Source: Candidatus Velamenicoccus archaeovorus
GTDB taxonomy: Bacteria > Omnitrophota > Gorgyraeia > Velamenicoccales > Velamenicoccaceae
Direction of reading: 5' to 3'
NCBI RefSeq assembly: GCF_004102945.1
Contig: NZ_CP019384.1
Coordinates: 120,001-152,000, forward strand
Length of the DNA stretch: 32,000 nucleotides
Under the pieces are notes generated by a model. It searched no databases, had not been told where the DNA came from, and saw only the letters and a list, made by a program, of their open reading frames with translations. Positions 1 to 32,000 of this stretch are shown one piece after another (the stretch's first letter is position 1; each line of letters opens with the position of its first letter). The translations under genes were made by a program, and so were the position numbers.

Positions 1-2
1 GC

Positions 3-28886
<28,884 letters not shown>

Positions 28887-28900
28887 GAGGTCTCTTGATT

Positions 28901-28926
28901 TCACGGCCAGAATTTCCCGGCCGTGA
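28901..28926 (+). terminator. Weak terminator candidate after the giant ORF
   Basis: The inverted repeat TCACGGCC-(10 nt)-GGCCGTGA begins 15 nt after the TGA stop. There is no downstream T-tract, so intrinsic-terminator status is doubtful. Confidence 0.25.
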
Positions 28927-29127
28927 TCGGAGATGAATGGCGGTTGCCTCTGGGAGGGAACCCCCGGGGGAGGGCAGCCGTAGGATTGCGAGGGGAATTG
29001 TTCCCAAGAAAAAAGGAGCCCCGGGCTTAAAGTCCGGGAGGATTCCACGATAACTTGGGGATTTGCAATGAGTTAGAAGCATGAGATTTATCTTCAAAAA
29101 TCTTCGGAAAGGAGGTAGAATAAAATC

Positions 29128-29511
29128 ATGCCTAAGACAAAAAGAAACGAACTTGAAATTGTCCCCGGCGATCTGCCGGGACCGGATGACAAGCGGACAT
29201 TCTGCCGTTTTCTCGTGAAGAGGGTCCCTGTTCACTTCAAGGACCTGAAAATCGGCACACGAGGGGAAGGAGCGTGCAAGGATATCAGCGGCGGTGGGAC
29301 CTGCATGGACACTGTCCGCGAGCTGCGGCCCAAAACGCCGTTGGAGTTGTGGTTGGATTTTCCGGACGGTTTTGAGCCCATGCATCTTCTGGGGCGCGTT
29401 GTGTGGTCGAAAGCGGATGGACCTCTCTGGCGTACCGGCGTTGCTTTTGACAGGCAGCGTCTCATGAGCATGGCAAGGATACTGAAAGCGACAGAGGCAG
29501 AAGAAGGTTAA
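29128..29511 (+). CDS. PilZ-domain c-di-GMP binding protein (127 aa)
   Basis: ATG at 29128 is preceded by AAAGGAGG (29108-29115). Both PilZ signature motifs are present: RTFCR (RxxxR) and DISGGG (D/NxSxxG). The stop is TAA at 29509-29511. Confidence 0.85.
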   Translation: MPKTKRNELEIVPGDLPGPDDKRTFCRFLVKRVPVHFKDLKIGTRGEGACKDISGGGTCMDTVRELRPKTPLELWLDFPDGFEPMHLLGRVVWSKADGPLWRTGVAFDRQRLMSMARILKATEAEEG

Positions 29512-29652
29512 AGTTGAGCGGGATCAGAGAAGGCGAGGCTTTGGGAAAGTTAACGTTACTCCTCGCGTTTGCATCTTGTCAATATCTGTCTGCGACCAGT
29601 CCTCGCAGGGCTCGGACGGGCAGCCAGATATTTCCAAGATACGCTCGGAGCT

Positions 29653-29673
29653 AATCCCACCGGAGGTGGGATT
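29653..29673 (+). promoter_or_regulatory. Perfect 9-bp stem-loop abutting the SD of the second PilZ gene
   Basis: AATCCCACC-gga-GGTGGGATT is immediately followed by AAGGAGG (29674-29680) and ATG at 29687. It could modulate ribosome access or mark a processing or termination point between the two PilZ genes. Confidence 0.4.
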
Positions 29674-29686
29674 AAGGAGGTGTTCA

Positions 29687-30061
29687 ATGGATGAGAAGAG
29701 AGGTTCGGTCCGTTGGAACATAATCTTGCCAATTCGCTACATGGGGTTTGCGAAGCATAACGAAGGATACGCAAGGACGAAGGATCTCAGCACAACGGGC
29801 GCATGTGTGGAGACAGTTGAAAAACATGAACCAGGGGACAAGCTCAACGTTATGTTTGAGTTTCCTGACGTTGAGGGAACGGTGTGTGTCGAATCCGAAG
29901 TGATCTGGCAGAAGCATTCTCAAGGTTTTCAGGAGGAATATAACTATTTGACAGGATTGGCATTTAGGAGAATTCGAGACTGCCATAAGCAGTGCATCCT
30001 GGATTACGTCATCGATCATCATCCGCAGCAGCTCAGGGAACGCTGGTGGCAGGGGGTTTAG
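29687..30061 (+). CDS. PilZ-domain c-di-GMP binding protein (124 aa)
   Basis: ATG at 29687 is six nt after TAAGGAGG. The track's longer ORF starts at a TTG (29576) with no SD. PilZ motifs are RGSVR (RxxxR) and DLSTTG (DxSxxG). The stop is TAG at 30059-30061. Confidence 0.8.
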   Translation: MDEKRGSVRWNIILPIRYMGFAKHNEGYARTKDLSTTGACVETVEKHEPGDKLNVMFEFPDVEGTVCVESEVIWQKHSQGFQEEYNYLTGLAFRRIRDCHKQCILDYVIDHHPQQLRERWWQGV

Positions 30062-30187
30062 GGACAGTCAGGCAGGTTTTTAGGGGATTTCCGGATAGAT
30101 TTTAGAAGCGCACGAGAAGAGGCTTTTGTTTTCCCGCCGTGATATTTTTTACCCTTTTTCCGCACGCTAAATTTGCATAAGTATTTC

Positions 30188-30215
30188 TTGACTTTTACCT
30201 TGCTTATGATAAACT
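30188..30215 (+). promoter_or_regulatory. Sigma70-like promoter candidate in an AT-rich island upstream of the GH94 gene
   Basis: TTGACT (30188-30193), a 16-nt spacer, then TAAACT (30210-30215). A perfect TATAAT also occurs at 30235-30240 but without a good -35. The region 30120-30260 is much more AT-rich than the rest of the window. Confidence 0.3.
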
Positions 30216-30262
30216 TTTTAAACATATTTTTATCTATAATTATCAATAGGTTAGGTGAAGGC

Positions 30263-30293
30263 ATAACTTACAGAGCAAAGCGATGTAAGTTAT
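30263..30293 (+). repeat. Perfect 10-bp inverted repeat in the GH94 leader
   Basis: ATAACTTACA-gagcaaagcga-TGTAAGTTAT lies just downstream of the candidate promoter. It could be an operator or a leader RNA hairpin. Confidence 0.5.
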
Positions 30294-30457
30294 CGGCCTG
30301 AACCTGACTCCGCACCAACTTTTCCCATAAGCTTGGCTTTTAAGAGAAGGAATGGAATTGCAGACAGGCGTTTGTCATTAAGACAACCTCTTTAGAAAAG
30401 TTGATGCGGGGTTTAATTCCTGTCTGGCGGCAGGCAGGCGCGACGGCCGAGCGCAAA

Positions 30458-30556
30458 AGCTCCAGCCCAGCAAGGGCGGAGTTTCCTCTTCCGATGAAGG
30501 AAAGCTCCAGCCCAGCAAGGGCGGAGTTTCCTCTTCCGATGAAGGAAAGCTCCGGC
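30458..30556 (+). repeat. 45-bp double-hairpin unit, 2 exact tandem copies plus a partial third, intergenic (GH94 leader)
   Basis: AGCTCCAGCCCAGCAAGGGCGGAGTTTCCTCTTCCGATGAAGGAA occurs at 30458-30502 and 30503-30547, followed by AGCTCCGGC. It belongs to the same family as the copies at 9358 and 24462. Confidence 0.9.
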
Positions 30557-30635
30557 CTACACTTTATGTCGCCTGTCATAAGGCGACGGTTCCATAAAGT
30601 GTCTACTCATTAAAAAAGGAGAAGAGACAAAGCAC

Positions 30636-32000
30636 ATGAAGTACGGACATTTTTCATCTGACGGGCTCGAATTCATTATTTCTCATCCCGTAACACCCAC
30701 CCCTTGGATCAATTATCTGACGAACGACAAATATTGCGCGATCATCTCCCAGTGCGCCGGCGGATACAGCTTCTACCGCGACTGCCGCACAGACCGGATC
30801 CTGCGGTGGGCCCCGGACTACAAGAATTTCGACAGGCCCGGCCGCTACATTTACGCCCGGGAAGAGCGCGCCGGCAGCAAAAGATCCAAAGTTTGGTCTT
30901 TGACATATCAACCGATCAGGGTTGAGCCGGATACCTACGAATGCCGTCACGGCCTCGGCTATACGACGATCGCGCAAAAATACAACGGCGTTGCGTCGCG
31001 GATCACCTATTTTGTCCCTGTCGACGACGATTGCGAACTTTGGCTCGTCTCTTTGACGAACGAGACGAACAAAGAGAAGAAGCTGGAGCTCTATCCTTAT
31101 GTCGAATGGCTCGTCGGCGACTATCACGAAGAGCTGCGTTACCGCAACATCATGAATCTTTATAACCGGATGTGGTTCGACGAGAGCCACAAATTGATCT
31201 TCGGATGGAAGACCGCCTTCTGGCAGGGGATGAATATCAAAGAATTCAAGAATTTCAGCTTTTTCGCCTCCAGCCTTGACGTCAAGGGATATGCCACGAG
31301 GAAGACGGAATTCCTGGGACGTTACAACACCGAGGAGAAGCCCGAGGCCATCCTGGGAGGCAAGTTCAGGAATACGGCCTTATGTTCCGGCGAGGACGGG
31401 ATCGCCTGTTTCAAGCACACCGTGAAGCTCGCGCCCCGGCAGACAAAGGAATTTGTGGTGATCCTGGGCGAGACGGAAGGGCAGTCGAGCGCCATCAGGC
31501 TCGTTGAAAAATACAGGGACCTGGCGCAGGTCAAGAAGGCGCTTGAAAGCACGCGGGATCTCTGGAAGAAGCGCATCGCCGGCAATATCCTTGTCAAGAC
31601 ACCGGACAGCGATTTCGACACCATGGTCAACACTTGGGTGAAATACCAGGTGTATATCTGCAATCTCTGGTCGCGTTCCCCGTCGTTTTATCACGAGGGT
31701 TCCGGCGGCCGCGGGTATCGCGATTCAGCCCAGGATTCGGAGGCGATCGTTTCCATCAACCACGAGGTGACGCGCAAGCGCATCCTGCAGATCGCAGCCT
31801 TGATCCGTCGGGATGGGACGTCTGCGCCCGGCTGGTCTGACACGTCGGGCCCCAATCAGCACCGTCCGAACAAGGATCATCAGGTCTGGCTGACGGCGAC
31901 CGTACGCGCCTATATCCAGGAAACGGGGGATAAGAGCATTCTTGAGGCCTATGTGCCATATCTCAAGGACAAGTGGGTGGGCGGTTGGGACATCGATCTT
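30636..32000 (+). CDS. GH94-family glycan phosphorylase (cellobiose/cellodextrin/chitobiose phosphorylase-like), 3'-partial
   Basis: ATG at 30636 is preceded by AAAGGAGAAG (30615-30624). The frame is open for 455 codons to the window end and is absent from the ORF track because it has no stop. My translation reads MKYGHFSSDGLEFIISHPVTPTPWINYLTN...CRHGLGYT...ELWLVSLTNETN...WSRSPSFYHEGSGGRGYRDSAQDS, matching the N-terminal, helical-linker and start-of-catalytic-barrel pattern of GH94 enzymes. Confidence 0.8.
   Translation, partial: MKYGHFSSDGLEFIISHPVTPTPWINYLTNDKYCAIISQCAGGYSFYRDCRTDRILRWAPDYKNFDRPGRYIYAREERAGSKRSKVWSLTYQPIRVEPDTYECRHGLGYTTIAQKYNGVASRITYFVPVDDDCELWLVSLTNETNKEKKLELYPYVEWLVGDYHEELRYRNIMNLYNRMWFDESHKLIFGWKTAFWQGMNIKEFKNFSFFASSLDVKGYATRKTEFLGRYNTEEKPEAILGGKFRNTALCSGEDGIACFKHTVKLAPRQTKEFVVILGETEGQSSAIRLVEKYRDLAQVKKALESTRDLWKKRIAGNILVKTPDSDFDTMVNTWVKYQVYICNLWSRSPSFYHEGSGGRGYRDSAQDSEAIVSINHEVTRKRILQIAALIRRDGTSAPGWSDTSGPNQHRPNKDHQVWLTATVRAYIQETGDKSILEAYVPYLKDKWVGGWDIDL

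Noticed and set aside
29020-29038. CCCGGGCTTAAAGTCCGGG, downstream of the giant ORF, as a degenerate copy of the 37-bp palindrome (it shares CTTAAAGTC) or as a terminator.
   Set aside because: It has only a 5-bp stem and 9 shared nucleotides. There is no T-tract. It is too short to distinguish from chance.
29063-29091. A sigma70-like promoter for the first PilZ gene (TTGCAA at 29063-29068).
   Set aside because: The -35 match is good, but no acceptable -10 hexamer lies 16-18 nt downstream (the best candidates are ATTTAT and TTTATC). It is not reported as a feature.
29576-29686. The longer version of the second PilZ ORF, starting at TTG 29576 (161 aa, as in the ORF track).
   Set aside because: There is no SD upstream of the TTG. 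The extra 37 residues (MSISVCDQSSQGSDGQ...) are not part of the PilZ fold. A strong TAAGGAGG sits six nt before the in-frame ATG at 29687.
30058-30264. A 68-aa Lys-rich minus-strand ORF in the AT-rich island.
   Set aside because: The composition simply mirrors the AT-rich DNA (poly-Lys/Ile/Phe). There is no SD, no recognisable fold, and it overlaps the candidate + strand promoter.
30440-30560. A c-di-GMP (GEMM-type) riboswitch in the GH94 leader, considered because of the PilZ/GGDEF context and a GCAAAAGC-like string.
   Set aside because: I could not build the conserved two-helix GEMM architecture with its tetraloop and receptor. The region is explained by the 45-bp repeat units. An Rfam scan would be needed before any such claim.
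30340-30613. ORFs 30340..30579 (-) and 30401..30613 (+) in the GH94 leader.
   Set aside because: Both consist largely of translated 45-bp repeat units (tandem identical 15-aa blocks). They are most simply read-through of a structured non-coding repeat.
30654-31959. Minus-strand and out-of-frame ORFs within the GH94 gene (30654..31190, 30704..30925, 30941..31165, 31322..31663, 31380..31694, 31634..31840, 31756..31959).
   Set aside because: They are overlapped by a 455-codon open frame with GH94-type motifs and a good SD. They are shadow ORFs.

Overview
The window is dominated by one uninterrupted + strand reading frame. It runs in the frame of nt 3, has its first ATG at 87 and ends at TGA 28884-28886. 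It is still open at the 5' window edge, so it holds at least 9,627 sense codons (roughly 1 MDa) and the true start lies upstream.

The ORF does not look like a repetitive adhesin or an NRPS/PKS. Read by motif, it is a chain of about 36 unrelated, apparently complete small proteins:
- Carbohydrate and general enzymes: GH13 C-terminus, HAD hydrolase, aldose 1-epimerase, Gfo/Idh/MocA oxidoreductase.
- Signalling and nucleotide modules: TM-GGDEF cyclase, tandem LOG domains, ACT-ACT-HD (p)ppGpp hydrolase, NGN-like domain, CheY receiver, GHKL-like ATPase.
- Modification enzymes: 4-5 GNAT-like modules, two SAM methyltransferases, a P-loop NTPase, an APH-type kinase.
- Peptidases: an S8-like module and an M48 module.
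- Four UPF0489/arginase-like paralogs and several unknown modules.

None of these modules has its own stop codon, and almost none has a start codon. Nearly every junction carries the same short peptide, hydrophobic-S-S-(P/A)-(A/S). There are 42 copies, 22 of them exactly SSPA, written with many different codons. My main hypothesis is a bacterial polyprotein or multi-effector megaprotein with a conserved processing or linker site. This is inference and is not demonstrated.

Three families of short structured DNA repeats sit in the junctions, always in a stop-free frame:
- A 37-bp perfect palindrome, present three times.
- A 45-bp double-hairpin unit with compensatory stem substitutions, also found intergenically.
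- A 73-bp exact repeat, present twice.

Downstream on the same strand are two canonical PilZ c-di-GMP receptor genes and the 5' part of a GH94 glycan phosphorylase gene, which has a long repeat-containing leader.

All minus-strand and out-of-frame ORFs in the track are judged to be shadow ORFs. All domain calls come from reading motifs by eye; no database search was possible.
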